Source of the DNA: Callorhinchus milii
Lineage: Eukaryota
Length of the DNA: 64,000 nucleotides
Reading direction: 5' to 3'
Assembly: GCF_018977255.1 (NCBI RefSeq)
Contig: NW_024704745.1
Location: 11,904,001 to 11,968,000 of the forward strand
Made by a program: the position numbers and the translations under genes. Below are positions 35,291 to 48,470 of the stretch, piece after piece; position 1 is the first letter of the stretch, and each line of letters opens with the position of its first letter. The notes beneath the pieces are model-generated. The model was not told where the DNA came from. It saw only the letters and a program-made list of their open reading frames with translations, and made no database searches.

Positions 35291-38059
35291 TAAGGAAATT
35301 ACGATTAAAATAAAACAGAAAAAGGTAGCTTGTGATAAATGCCATGTCCAAAATACAGAAGATAATCAAATCAAATATAGAAAGTACAGAGGAGAACTGA
35401 AAAAGGAAATAAGAGGGTCAAAGAGATTGTATGAGAAAAGATTAGCAGGTAACATAAAAGGAAACCCTAAGGAATTTTATAAGCATATAAAGAATAAAAG
35501 GTTAGTCAAAGGTAGGGCAGGTCCATTTAGCAACCAAAGAGGAAATCTTCTTGTGGAGGCAGAGATGGCTGACATACTGAATGCCATACAGGTGCCAGAG
35601 GACTGGAGGGTTGCCATGTACAAGAAGGGACAGAAGGATAAAACTGGGAACTACAAGCCAGTCAGCCTAACGTCAGTAGTAGGGAAACTTCTAGAGACTA
35701 TGATTCGGGACAAAATAAACTTTCACTAGAAAAATATGGGTTAATAAAGGACAGCCAACAGTGGCAGCATGGGTACAGAACTGGCTAGGAGACCGGAAGC
35801 AGAGAATGGTGATGAACGGTTGCTTTTCTGACTGGAGGGAAGTATTCAGTGGTGTCCCCCAGGAATCAGTATTGGGATCACTGCTTTTTTTTTATCTATA
35901 TAAATGACCTGGAATTGGGTATAGAGAATACAGATGATACTAAGCTAGGAAAAGTAGTAAACAGCGAGGAGGATAGTAGCAGATTGTAAGGGGATATGGA
36001 CAGATTGATAAAGTGGGCAGACATGTGGCAGATGAAGTTTAATGTGGAGAAATGTGAACTGATGCATTTTGGGAGGAAGAATGAGGAGAGGCAATATAAG
36101 ATGATGGTAGAATCGTAAAGGCAGTGAAGGAACAGAGCGATCTGAAGGGTTCATATAAGTAAATCTTTGAAGGTGGCAGGACGGGTAGATAAAGCTGTTA
36201 AAAATGCATCCGGGATACTAGGCTTTATGAATAGGGGCATAGAATACAAAAGTCAGGAAGTTGTGATGAACCTTTATAAAACACTGGTTAGGCCTCAGCT
36301 AGAGAACTGTGTTCATTTCTGGGCACCACATTTTAGGAAGGATGTCCATGCATTAGAGAGGGTGCAAAGGAGATTTACCAGGATGGTACTAGGAATGAGG
36401 AACGTCAGTTATCAGGAGAGGCTAGAGAAGCTTGGATCCTTGGAGCAGAGAAGGTTAAGAGGAAACTTAATAGAAGTTTTCAAAATTATGAGGGGATTCG
36501 ATGGGTGAACAAGGAGAAACTATTTCCACTGGCAGCTGGGTCGGTAACCCGAGGGCATGGATTTAAAATAGTTGTTAAAACAGAGCGGAGGTGAGGAGAA
36601 ATTTTTTCACATAGCTAGTTGGTTGGATCTGGAATCTGGAATCCATTGCCTGAAAGTGTGGTGAAAGCTGATTCGATAACAACTTTTAAGAGAGAAGTAG
36701 ATAATTATTTGGGAGGACAAGTTTGCGGGGCTATGGGGAGAGCGCGGAGGAATGAGATTGATTTGGATAGCACTTTTCAAACAGCCGGCACAGACACGAT
36801 GGGGCAAATGGCCTCCTTCTGTGCTGTATAGTTCTACGATTCTATGATTTCATATACAGGTAGAACCTTAATCAATTTGCTGAAATGTCTCAACGTGCTT
36901 CACAGGATTAACTGTAAAATGTAATAGTCACTAGGCGAGCCCTAGGGCTGATTTGGGCACAGCAATGTGCCACAAACAGCCTTGAAGTGAATGATCAATT
37001 TTATCTGAAGGACTGTTACAAAAGCCTCTCAAATCTGTGTGACTTTAATCCAAGTCCTGGGCAAAGTCCTCACTTGGTTTCAGATTTAAGAAATCCTGTT
37101 AGAAAGTGTCATATATTAATCCAACAGTTGTGCATTAATAGTAGAGAATTTTGAGCAGCTTGTGTTATCTATCACAAGTAGTTGTTGCTACTGGCAACAG
37201 TATTTACTGTGACTGTAGCTACTCAACACAGCCGAAAGGCTTTAAATATTAAGCTACTCTTTCCAAATTGTACTGTGGTTGTAAATATTACTGAGTCAGT
37301 ATGAATATGAGAAACAGTTCACTGTTTGACTAAACATGGTATTGTTGCTAACCAATTGGACTTGATGTATTACATTCAGTGGACAAATCACTGTGCTTAT
37401 TATGCTGAAAAATTTGTTCTGAGTTTAGATTAAGCTCAAAGGCCAATTACGTATGTGCATTCCTTGCACCTACACAGGTTTGTTGCCATTTAGACTCATG
37501 GCTCACATACTCCTAAATTTAGGTGAGATTACTATACATTTACCGCAACTAAGAGGCTTGGGGGAGGATTCCACTGAAAAAGGTACACTTGACAGCAAAG
37601 CCATGATCCTGTTGTGTCTTTTGTAATCACAGCACTCACTACTGATGACCAACCACAGTTAAATATTAGTTTCCTTCCCACTGCACTTAGTTATCAAGTT
37701 GCCAAATATCATTACATGATATAATGTACAAAATACATATAAGGTCTCTTTCGTGATTCCTACAGCAAATTCCTGGCATCAACTGGAACTGCACTTCCTA
37801 CCCTCTCCCCACCATCCGCACTGCCTCCTCCCAATTCAGAGGAAAGGCAGCACTGGGCAAACTATAGGAGCCATAATAAACTTCAAAAGAACTGTATAAT
37901 GAATGATCTCAAGTGGCAACTTCTGCAACTAACAGTGTGTACATGTCGGAGACAATTGCTCCATTTAGGTTTAGAAACCCTGTGGAAATTAATGGGGCTT
38001 TGTACAACAGAGCTGAAAGACATTGATTAGTTGACTTGAGCAGACTCTCTCCACTTATT

Positions 38060-38760
38060 CTCAATGAAAGGATTCGATACGGTGGATGTTGATAGGCGGT
38101 TTCTACTTGTTGGTGAGTCCAAAATGAGAGGACGTGAATATAAGATAGCTCATAGTTCTAATATAGAGTTTAAGAGTTTCATGCAGAAGGTGGTGAGAAT
38201 ATGGAACTCATGGGTGGAAGCTCTGGTTGAAGCAAAAAGCATCAGTGAAATGAAGAGGAAAGCTGATGTACATATAATAATAATAATAATCCTTGATAGA
38301 GCGCTTTTCACGTCTTCTAGACATCTCAAAGTGCTTCACAGAGTATACTGTAAAGTGAATTGACTGTATATTTGTGGGCGAAACACGGTAGCCAATTGTG
38401 CACAGCGGTGTCCCATAAACAGGCGAGGATTGAATGACAACATTTTTATTGTGTTTTTTTTGTGGGGGGAATAATATCCCCAGAAAAGCAACCCACCAAT
38501 CGACTAACAGCCAGTTTCCTACTTACTGTTAGGCAAATAAAGGTGTGTGGAGTAAGGAAACTTGCCCAACTTTTCATCCTGCTGGGAATAGAACCCAGGC
38601 AAGTGCTCTAACCACTGAGTTACAGGATTCCAGCAAGGGAGAAGGGAAATGGTGGGGGAGAAGAGAGGAGTATAGGAGGGGTGGGGGCTCATGTGGAGTA
38701 TAAATATCAGCACAGATACTTGGTCCGAATGGCCCATGTCCTATCGTTCTATATAACTCT
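38060..38760 (+). mobile_element. Old CR1 3' end split by a SINE
   Basis: MKGFDTVDVDRRFLLVGESKMRG..QKVVRIWNS; 3' end GGTCCGAATGGCCCATGTCCTATC. Confidence 0.7.
38272..38632 (-). mobile_element. SINE subfamily A (anticodon arm deleted)
   Basis: Long body, Deu-like core, (AAT)n at 38272. Confidence 0.85.
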
Positions 38761-38829
38761 CTTCCAATGGCAGTGAGTCCGTTGAGGTTCTGTTCAATGG
38801 ATCCTGGCAAATGGTCGTTTCATACAAAT

Positions 38830-39075
38830 GGCCATTATTTATCCATGATCCTGGATGGGCAAGCTATTTGACTGTGAGGAACATTAAAAACAAGCCTGAT
38901 CACAACCTTACCCAACCATACACACAAACACACATAGGTTCCAGTTGGGAACGATGGATAGCAATTGGGAATGAAACCCTTGGCTGATTTTGCCCCTCAC
39001 TAACACAAGTGCAGCGAAGATCATTGTAGAGTAGCAGGCCAACTACTTAACCCGAGTTGGCTGGATTGAAACTTG
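38830..39075 (-). mobile_element. Second ancient SINE family
   Basis: GGGCAAGCTATTTGACTGTGAGG..CCCTTGGCTGATTTTGCCCC. Confidence 0.55.
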
Positions 39076-39691
39076 TAACTTTCTCGTCTTTCTGGTTTTG
39101 GGTATACACCATTTCGGAAGTTTTAGAACCCAAGGCGTACATGAAGCTAGAAACTAAATGAGTGTACTGGCTTAATTTATAACAACTGTACAGCCACTGG
39201 TTAATTTGGAAATTTGGAAACTTCGAGGCTAGACACAGAAACGGAGAGAGAGGGGTGAGTGAAACCAGAACATTCCCATAACAATTATATCAAGCTTAAC
39301 TCAGTTACGACTACTTTATTTCACTGTATGGTATTATTTGTTTGGCAAATACATGGAAACAGATAGCCTCCTCCCAAGTAAACTGCTCCCTTTAAAGCTT
39401 TGAAACTCTCCCACAGCAGATCAGAGATTAAATCTTTATGTGAATACTGTAGCTTGGGGTTGGGATTCTGTTACTCATACGTATAAAATAAGGGGTGGAG
39501 GGGAGAAAAAGAACCCAGAACCCATTGCAATAAGTATAAGTGAACAAAAAAAAGGAGGTGAAGGTTTTGAGATGGTTGCAAACTGAGCTGCCACAACAGA
39601 GGTAGTTGTTAATTAACTGAAAGGGAGAAAGTCTCCTTCACTGCTCTCTCTCTGCTGCTCTTTCTATGAATCCTGGATTGAAATCTGAGTC

Positions 39692-39832
39692 NNNNNNNNN
39701 NNNNNNNNNNNNNNNNNNNNNNNNNNNNNNNNNNNNNNNNNNNNNNNNNNNNNNNNNNNNNNNNNNNNNNNNNNNNNNNNNNNNNNNNNNNNNNNNNNNN
39801 NNNNNNNNNNNNNNNNNNNNNNNNNNNNNNNN
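39692..39832. other. Assembly gap (141 N) in the putative promoter
   Basis: Run of N about 320 bp upstream of the ATG. Confidence 1.
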
Positions 39833-40148
39833 TGAGCCCAGATTCGAAGTGGATCCACAAAAAACTTCTGCAAAAGTTGGAAGAAAAGTTTGTTGGGTGT
39901 CTCTCTCTTTTTTTTTTTGGGTGGGTGGGTGGGTGGGGGAGAGGGTTTGGGGTTGGAGAGGGGGGGGGGTGGTAAATTAACGTTGCCACCTGGAATCAGG
40001 GAGTGGTGTGAAGGAGCTGGAAATCCTTGGGGGAATTAGTTATTTCTTGGCTGTCGAGAAAGAGAAAGAGGGAGAGGGACAGAGAGAGGGGATCGAAAGT
40101 GTTTCCTTTATATACAGTGTATAGAGAAAAGCAGAGCCTGGGGAAGAC
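39833..40148 (+). promoter_or_regulatory. Putative proximal promoter / 5'UTR of the EWI-family gene
   Basis: Directly upstream of the signal-peptide ATG; G-tracts at 39920-39972; TATA-like TTTATATA at 40107-40114; strong Kozak context GACATGG. The TSS is not determinable. Confidence 0.5.
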
Positions 40149-40191
40149 ATGGAAAGATTGCTGTGGTTACTGGTAGCAATGCTGAATTTTG
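40149..40191 (+). CDS. PTGFRN: Exon 1, signal peptide (MERLLWLLVAMLNF, phase 1) of PTGFRN-like EWI-family protein
   Basis: Hydrophobic leader, donor TTTG|GTAAGT; joins in frame to the Ig exon giving MERLLWLLVAMLNFGLSSG/RIVKVP, comparable to human ..CRG/RVVRVP. Confidence 0.75.
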
Positions 40192-40824
40192 GTAAGTTTT
40201 TTTTTATTCTTCCCCCACCCCCTCTCCCCTCCCCTCCCCTCTGCAAGCTCTTGACATTGGCTTCTTAAGTCACCTCCACGTGTGCCCCTTTTTTTTTGTA
40301 AAAAAAAATTAAAAATAACCAAATTGTACTTTTTATTTATTTGTATGGAAAATCCCCCAAAGGAAAAAAAAAAGGAGAAACAAATATTGGGCAAAGGGAC
40401 GATTTGCTTCGATCTGGTATCTGCAAGATCCGAAAGGAAAGGGTAGCAATGCAATTTAACCCCAATTCCTTCCATGGCCCTGTTGAAATGAGTACCTGAG
40501 GTGTCTTTAATATATGTGTGTGTGTGTGGGAGTGTTTCTCCAGCTTTCAGTCACTAGATAAGCAAATAAACAAATGCACAAATAATTGCAAAGCTCTTTT
40601 TTTTTGGGGGGGGGGGAGGAGAGAGACAGACAGAGAGGGAGAGACTGGGAGGCTTTCCCCCTTTTTTCCCCTTTCTCTCCCCTGCCCTGTTGGACTCTGA
40701 ATCAGGGTTGAACCCATTCCATGTTGCCAACCCATCGCTTTTCCAAGTGTGTGGGAATTCTGTGTGTGGTTTCGTGCTCAGTTTTGGAGGATGAACTGTT
40801 TGCAGAGACGAGAGACACAGAGAC

Positions 40825-40920
40825 ACACACACACACACACACACAGACACACACACACAGACACTAGACAGAGAGATTCAGAGACAAGAGAGAGAGAGAA
40901 GAAGAAGAGAGAGAGAGAGA
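40825..40920. repeat. Adjacent (CA)n and (GA)n microsatellites
   Basis: Direct reading; (TG)n(TA)n also at 41076-41110 and (TA)n at 41282-41308. Confidence 0.95.
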
Positions 40921-41076
40921 TTGCTTTGAGAGCTGCAACTGTAACATGTTAAAACAATTGCCAAAATAAACCCAGAACGTGGGTCCTTCCTAAATCCGAC
41001 CTGTTCCTGGAATTCCAGAGAAAGGGAAGTTGTTTCACGTGCACCGATCGTTTGATTTCATTGCATTGTAAATGTA

Positions 41077-41110
<34 letters not shown>

Positions 41111-41281
41111 AAAACAATGCACAGGCACCATTTTAATCTTGCGAATTCTGCATGTACATGTGAAACTAATGGGAAGAGATTGCAAAATCCCCTGTGAGTG
41201 AGTCAGTCTGCAAAGTGGTTTTCCTCCCCTCACCCCTTGTCCTGATGTTCCCTTTATCTTAAACGTGTTGGTATCTAAAAG

Positions 41282-41314
<33 letters not shown>

Positions 41315-44300
41315 TCTGCAACCTCTGCCAGTTTATTGCTATAAACAGGCATCGGTGTGTCTGGAATATTTACTCATCCTGTAGATTCAGTGTCTCCTGT
41401 GGATTTATTATCTCTGCACCAGTGTCATTTTGGTTGGTTTGGATGCACCACTTTCCCACTGGGATACCGACGTGTGTACCTTTGCAAATTTCAACAGTGT
41501 GTGGGGGGCAGATGGAGAGAGAGAGAGAGAAAAGAGAGAGAGAGAGAGGGGGGGGGGTGGGGGTGGGGGGGAGACACTGTTCTCCCCTCACCCCAAAAAT
41601 CAATGGCACATCCAGGCTTGAGACTTGGCTTCAATCTTTACTGCTCTCCTCCTCCTCCTCCTCCTCCTCCTCCACATCCAGCTCAGAAATCAGAGCTGAG
41701 TCCTTATCCACAAGCTTGTTCTTTAAATGGGATCATATCCCCATGTGTCAAAAAATAAATTGCATTACCTTGCAAGCAAAGAAGAGAGAGAAATGAATAG
41801 AAAGTGCCAGACAGAAAGTGCCTCCATAATGGATGCCAGCAGTTTTGCAAGATCCTGGGAATCACCAGGCATTTTCAGTGTAATAAGAGGGAGGAGGAGG
41901 AGGTGGTGGTGGGTTGGGGGGAGGGGGGGGGTGGGGAGTTCTGATATTTTTATGTTCAGTTTTTCTGCTTTGTTAGCACTCACTGTTCGCATTTAAAATT
42001 TTAATGGGTTTAACAAAGATGTTCTTCAATGAAAGGCGAAGATGGTTATTTTTTCATCACCTTCCCCTCCTCCGCCTCCTCCTCCCATCCCTTGAGTCCT
42101 CTGTACAAATTGGCATCTCTGTAATTTAATCTGGGATGTGATTTCAGTTCATTGGAGTGATATTAGCATCTCCAATCTGCGATGATGATCTTTTCATAAT
42201 TAACATCTGAAGAATGCTGAATGAGACTTTAATATCTGAGCAATTATTAGAGAATTAAATTGGGAGTTGTCCTCCCCCCAGATTAATTTAGGATTCCCAT
42301 TTAAAATATTTTTAGGCTTGTTGTCATAGCAACCAACCTTAAAAGACACACCCATTTAGGAAGAAAGAATTGCAGCCATGCCTTACTGTAAGTGGTGACC
42401 TTATGATAATGGTATTGGTGATATCAATAGCACTTGTGGTATTTTTAATACTTTTGTTTAGAATGCAGAGGGTTTTCAACTGATCATTGCAAAAAATATT
42501 GCATTCATTAAAGTGCTTTCATCTTCACAGCCTGTCTGTTCTGTGTAATTGGAGTACTGTATATGTGCATTGGCTTCCTGGCTAACATTGCTCTAGAAAC
42601 TTGCAACTCCTCGTTTTAATATTAAATTGGCAAAATTCACTGGAGAGAATCCAAGGGTGGCTGGTAGCTAAATACAAATGAAACCCAGAACTGCTTAATG
42701 ATGAATCAGTAAAAACTCACTCAGTCATTTTCCAGCACTGAAGTTTCTTAGTTCAATCCATAAAAATCACATACCCCTCAAAAAAAAACAATGGTAACCA
42801 GAGATTAACTAATGTATATTTTGACCTAAACTTTTAATGTAATTTATTTTCAGAAGTGCTTTTGGTTCCTATTTTTAGAATGGGGAGTGGAGGTGCTCAA
42901 ACCCTTGTTAATTGTCACATTAGGAGCTATTAGACATGGCCGAGCATGTTTCTGTCATTAATAATTCTCATTCACCACTTTGCTCTTGTCTTGTAATGGT
43001 TTTGATGCAAATACCGTGGCCTAAACTGTGGTGCTTGCTGAAACCCTTAAGCCTCTCTGAACTACAATGAGTTTGTTTCAGCAGGCTTTTATGTTCAATC
43101 TAAAAAAAAGAAATTACTGCAGGCCTTGTGTTTCAGCTTGATAACGCATTAGGAGTGCGAATGTCGTGAGCATGTCAGTGATAGACAGTGAATGAAGGCG
43201 TAAGTGACAACAGAGCCTCTGGAGAGCAAGGGAAGAAAAAAACGTTCACTTGTCATTTCAGGCCTGGAACAAAAGGCTCAAGGCTCCGGAAGTTCCACAG
43301 GGCTTTGAAACTGAAAATGTGTCTTCAGAGCTTCAGTGTTGGCCTGGGGGAATTCTGAAATGTCTGCTCCCATTTTGCCTTTCGCCTGCAGTTTTAAACC
43401 ATGAAGCAGGAGAGGAGGTGGGGACAGGAGGGAAGTGAAATGCCAGCGACAATTTTCTTCACCCTCCCCATTTCTCCTCATTTGGTCTTGCTGGGCTTCA
43501 TAGGGGGATGAGAAGGATAGTTGGGCACTTGGCAATTCTAAACTTTTAGGAGTGCCTCTCTCTTTTGGCCCAGCTTCCAGGATGTGCATCAAGACTTCCC
43601 AGTGCAGACCCTTTTTGGTGGAAATGCCTGTCACCTGGCTTCTAAATGGTATCTCCGCGCAGTGGTGCAGTTGAATGAAGATTGAGGACAAGCCTTGCCA
43701 TATTGAGTTCTGACTCACTGACTTCACTTTAGGTTGAGTAGAAAATCCACCTACCTGCCCTTTAGTGTCTAGTTTAAAGCTCTGGTGACTGTGCCCAAGG
43801 AAATGTCCATTCTGCAGTATGTTATGGTCTTTATGACACCTGTGTTCTGAGATGCATTGAGATACATTTTAGAAGAATGAAATCTTGATGGTAAAATCAT
43901 CTAGGTTACACTAACCACCAGGATGAGGGAGCAAAATGTGGTTTCTTCCTTAAGTGCTCCGAGACGCCGTCCAGCGTGAAGGGTGCTTTATAAATGCAAG
44001 CTGTTGTTGCTTCTGCGCTGGTGATACTACTGGCAGTGATGGAAAATCACCAGTAACGGAACAATTTGGAGAGAAATCCTAGGTTTCTAACTCCAGCTCT
44101 CTGTTTCCTGGGACAAAGCTGAAAGCTCTTCTTACTCATGTTAGCTCTAAATCTCATCATGTGTCTGTGGTTTTTTGATGGCCCTAAAAGCTTCTCTCAA
44201 ATGTTCAGTGCTCTGAGACGCTACCCTACGTGGAGGGTGCTATATAAGTGAAAGTTGTTGTTGTTCAAAGATCTGTTTAGAGCAATGGCTGAATTAATTT

Positions 44301-47019
44301 GCACTGACTGCAATTATATTGCAAGGTGAAAATCCATGACCTGCAGACACTGCCGTTTCATAATAAATCACTGCAGCCAAACTGAAGTACAAAAATAAAT
44401 AAATAACCCTTGCATTTGATATAGTTATGTCATCAAGACATCTAAAAATGCTTCACTGGGTTTACTGTAAAGTCTAGTTACTGTCTATAGCATACTTCCA
44501 GATCATGTGTCTCAACTCAGATTTAGACTGTCTTTGGCAAATCTCGATTAAACTTAAAACCACCAGAATAGTTCTGAATGGTCTAGGTATTTATAATATT
44601 AAAAGGAAACTTAGCTGTTTTTCTCTTCTCTTTGCCACCCCCCGCGCCGCCCCCACACACACTTTCCCTGTTTTCAACACTTGGCAGTTCATTTTCTTGT
44701 TTGCCTATATAGCCAGGGCACTGGTGAGTGTACTTCTGAGGTGCACAGCAATTGGGAAGCACAAGGCTGCAGAAGAACAGTGCAGGCATGTAGGGCTCAA
44801 CAGCATGTTAAACTTCATCAGCCGTGTGTTTATGCGTAACAGAATAAATAGCCCACCCAGGAGAGGGGCAAGAAGTGACTACTGTATATACCTTCACTCT
44901 GTTATTTTGGCTGCCAGGTTGATCGATGAATATATAAATAGTGGTTTAGCTGGTTAATATGTACAACATAGAATTAGCACTATTCCTATGCTTTTATGTA
45001 CTGCTCTGAATTCCCTCCTTGCCATGTCCTTGCTCGAAGTTATAAAACTCACCCTATATAAAACTCTCACCTGATGACTTTTATCTTCACTCACCAGCAT
45101 CTTATAGCTTGCACATGAGTAGCTGTATTATAAATAAAAGTTACGAGGCACAGCAAAATCTTTTAATATCCTTAACTGTAATTTGATCAGTTAAGGACTG
45201 CAAAACCTCTGCTACAATTTTACAAACCAACTTTATAAAATTGGATTCTCTCATCTACTTCTCCCATTGTCTTCAAAAGTCTCCTAAAAATATATATATT
45301 ATCTCTTTGACGATACCTTTAAATTTATTACTGAATTTCCCTGCTCAGTATTTACCACAATATTTATCAAGTGCTTTGACACATTCTTTCACTGAAGGGT
45401 GCTACAGTATCGATATGCAGGTTGTTGTATTGTGGTAGGTGTGGCTTAGTCACAATATTGTTGTTTGTGGGGTATTGCTGGTGCAGATCAGCTATTGCAT
45501 TTGCTTAGATAACACTGAATATGTTTCACAATAACTTGGGTGACACGCTTTAATGTGCTACAATGTGGTAATTTGATAAATCAAATGCCACCAGTGTTAC
45601 ATATGTTAGAAGTTGGTTTCTCTCAATGGGTTACATCCTATGGTACCCTGTGTTGCACTGTGGTTTTAGTGGTAATTGGCATTGTGTCACACTTGTGGGG
45701 ATGGTGGCAATGTATCAGGCTCCTGGTTAAAGCACACGCCCTTGATTTATTATCCCTGTCTGATGGGGTTAATCTGAAAATAGGGAAGAAGGTCGACTTC
45801 TACTGTATTTTGTACTTCCTTTGCTTCAAAGAAATGAGCCCAACTGCGCTCATCAAAAGACAAAAATAAAACACAAAATAATGTTGAAGAAGTAAAATTT
45901 AACATGTTGTGGCATTTCACTCATTCGTTTGCTCCATTCCTTGTTCGCTCACTTTCTCGTCTGACTATCTAAGCAGCATCTCTTCCTTCCTGTATCCTCG
46001 CTTTCAGCTTTTTCGGTGCTTTTTGTAGTTCCTCTACAGGGCTTACTCTCCATTTCCTGTTGCTGCCTATTTGGGTCTTGTTGTGCTCCTCTCCCACAGC
46101 CCATTCTTCTCTTTGCACGTCTTCCCAAACCAAAGATTCTAGAGCAGAATTTTTCCACCATCCAACCTAACTATGACGAGGTTCCCTTGAAGTTGCACTG
46201 AAAACCTTTCTGTGTGTCGATGGCAAAAAAAAAATAAAACAAGGCTTGGTACTGTAGCTCCAGCTCCTCCACTTATCAGCCAGTGTAACTCTTTGACCCT
46301 TTATGCACTTGAATGAAGTGGCCCAGCATGACTAGTTTGTTTTTGACTGAACCGCCAAGTCCAGATTTGCGCAATTATTCTGCTATTTCCTCCTTTTCTA
46401 AAGGGCATTGTCTGGTCTTCTCCGCAGACAGCTGTCTATATTTGCAATCTATATCCAGCAACTACTGCAGTCACATTGACAGTTGTCTGGAGCTGAAGGA
46501 CAGAATAGGTTCCTTACAAATGCAAAAAAAGAAGCTGCACAATGGAAGAGTTATTGGGTGAATCCTGGCGTAAATGTAAGGTCTGGAGTTATTGTGCTAA
46601 GGTTTGCCCTGATGTATAAAGACAATGAGGAAAATTGTAGTGTTTAAAACTATGCTACACGTAAGCTCCAGACAGCTGGCTTTACCAACACGCCAGTAAA
46701 GTGTATTATACAGGACATTATTACAGCTGTCTGTAAACCAGTTCCATTTGTCATGCAAGGATACAGACTATTGCAAAATTGCAGAAGCAAATAAAACTAC
46801 AAACAGGGACTCCTCAAGCGCTTCAAATAAACTCTTTTAGTGAGATAGCACGACTGTTTATTACTTTAGTATTTCAAAGTTTTTACTTCAGATGAGATAC
46901 AGAATTAGTCATCGGTAATGGAGAAAGGTAAAAGCATAAAGATCCTCTATTCAAAGGTCTTTCTTCACATTTGTTTCACTTTTGATAACTCTTGTCAGCA
47001 TGACTTTGTTGGTAGCATT

Positions 47020-47400
47020 CTCCCCTTTGATTTTGAGGTTGTGGTTTCAACCCTCTCATGTTGGGACTTTGAAATCACAGTCATATAGTCCAGGCTGACA
47101 CTACAATTCAGTACGAGGCGAGATCTGCATTGTTGGAAATGCCTTCCTTTGAATGAGACATTAAACTAAGCTCCCATCTGCGTATTCAGATGAACGATAA
47201 AAATCTCATGATACTCTTCAAAAAGAAGAAAGTTTCAATTAAAAAAAATATTCACTTCATGGCTGTTTGTGGGACATAGCAGTGTGAAAATTGACTGTCA
47301 AGTATGTCAACGAAACACATAGTAGCTACACCTTACTGTATATCCTGTGAAGCACATTTAGACATCCTCCTAACATGAAAGATGTTATATAAATGTAAAT
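47020..47400 (+). mobile_element. Old Deu-like SINE
   Basis: GGTAGCATTCTCCCC..GGTTTCAACCC head; GGCTGTTTGTGGGACATAGCAGTG core; tail. Confidence 0.65.
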
Positions 47401-48274
47401 TGTATGGTGTTATTATCTGTACTTGATCCAGTTATAAAGCATAGGCCAATGGTGAGGCTTATTGGAAACATTACTGGATTGCATTGAATATAGATACTGG
47501 ATCATCTTGTCATCCTCATTTATAATGCCAGTTGATATATTGCTGGATAGAAATGCAAATTAGGCAAAGTAGTTCTTCAGTTAGAAATTGAAATAGCGGC
47601 AATGCCTTTTCATTTGAGATGCCAACTGCATTCCAGTGCTTGTACTTTGTCCTCCCAATGTACCACACAGTTGGACCCCAATAGCAGTACCCAGGGTTTT
47701 TTTCACGGACTCCTTACTCATACGTTCCAACTTCATAGCAGGCGTTGGCACAACTAACTGCAGTCGTTGCACTCTTCAGCTTTGAAGTTGCCAAGCCCTT
47801 TCCTACAGAGTAAAACAAAACCATGTTGATTATTGGCCTGAATCCAGATCTGAGAATAGTCAACGTAATGTATTGGGGGATAAATTATCCAGTCTTAGCT
47901 TTGCTGTCATGTCCAATGGCAACCTTCTATTAAGAAAGGGAGTTCCTTGAGTTTAATATATGGGCACAGAGGCCTTGAGAATAAGAGTAGCCTTGATTGC
48001 TTTTTCTGTTCACTTTTCAGTTGAATGATGTAAGTTAGTGACTGTATGAGTACAGAGCAGCTGACAAACCTCTTCCCACCAAACTTTTATTACATAGGAA
48101 CGCAGGAATGTACAACGATGGAAAAATATACCATTGCAATTTATTTGTCTGGTCCTGAAAAGTGCCCCAAATTCTTTACATATGGGTTTTCCTGAGAAAA
48201 GTGTTTTAGAGAAGGGAGACCTTGCGTTTTTTCACTTGTGTCCTCTTATCTTTAGTTCCCATGGACATCAGTTC

Positions 48275-48470
48275 TAAAGGGCTCAGTGGATAAAAGCACC
48301 ACGTAGTGTTACTAAGCTGTAGAAATTTACATGGCTCCAGGTTTGATCTGTTGTCTATGCGGAGTTATCTGATATAAAGTCGAGTGGCAATTTGGGGTCA
48401 ACAGTGCTTCTGAGTTCAATGACTTGGAGAGGAACAGTCTGGGGTGTACCTGCTATTGGAAACTCAGTAC
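48275..48470 (+). mobile_element. Second ancient SINE family, head
   Basis: GGGCTCAGTGGATAAA..CCAGGTTTGATCTG. Confidence 0.5.

Larger units (their letters stand above)
33425..36850 (+). mobile_element. Near-full-length decayed CR1 LINE (ORF1 esterase; ORF2 endonuclease plus RT) with nested L2 and SINE
   Basis: VTPQ..EWVTTRHGRK; RIVCCLPGARVEDI..VVVHVGICD..VISELLPV; YRPQN..FNYPNIDW; GNYKPVSLTSVVGKLLE; DDTKLG; LYKTLVRPQLENCVHFWAPHFRKD; 3' end AATGGCCTCCTTCTGTGCTGTA..(ATTCT)n. Confidence 0.9.

Noticed and set aside
8091-43315. Scattered ISRE cores GAAACTGAAA (about 8091, 31975, 43306)
   Set aside because: Isolated short motifs are expected in AT-rich DNA
44713-44723. Possible 11-nt or 7-nt microexon ending at CTG|GTGAGT
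   Set aside because: Ambiguous acceptor, not frame-preserving, no further support
45949-46161. Minus-strand purine-rich ORF or antisense exon
   Set aside because: Explained by a pyrimidine-rich plus strand; weak acceptor; no homology recognised
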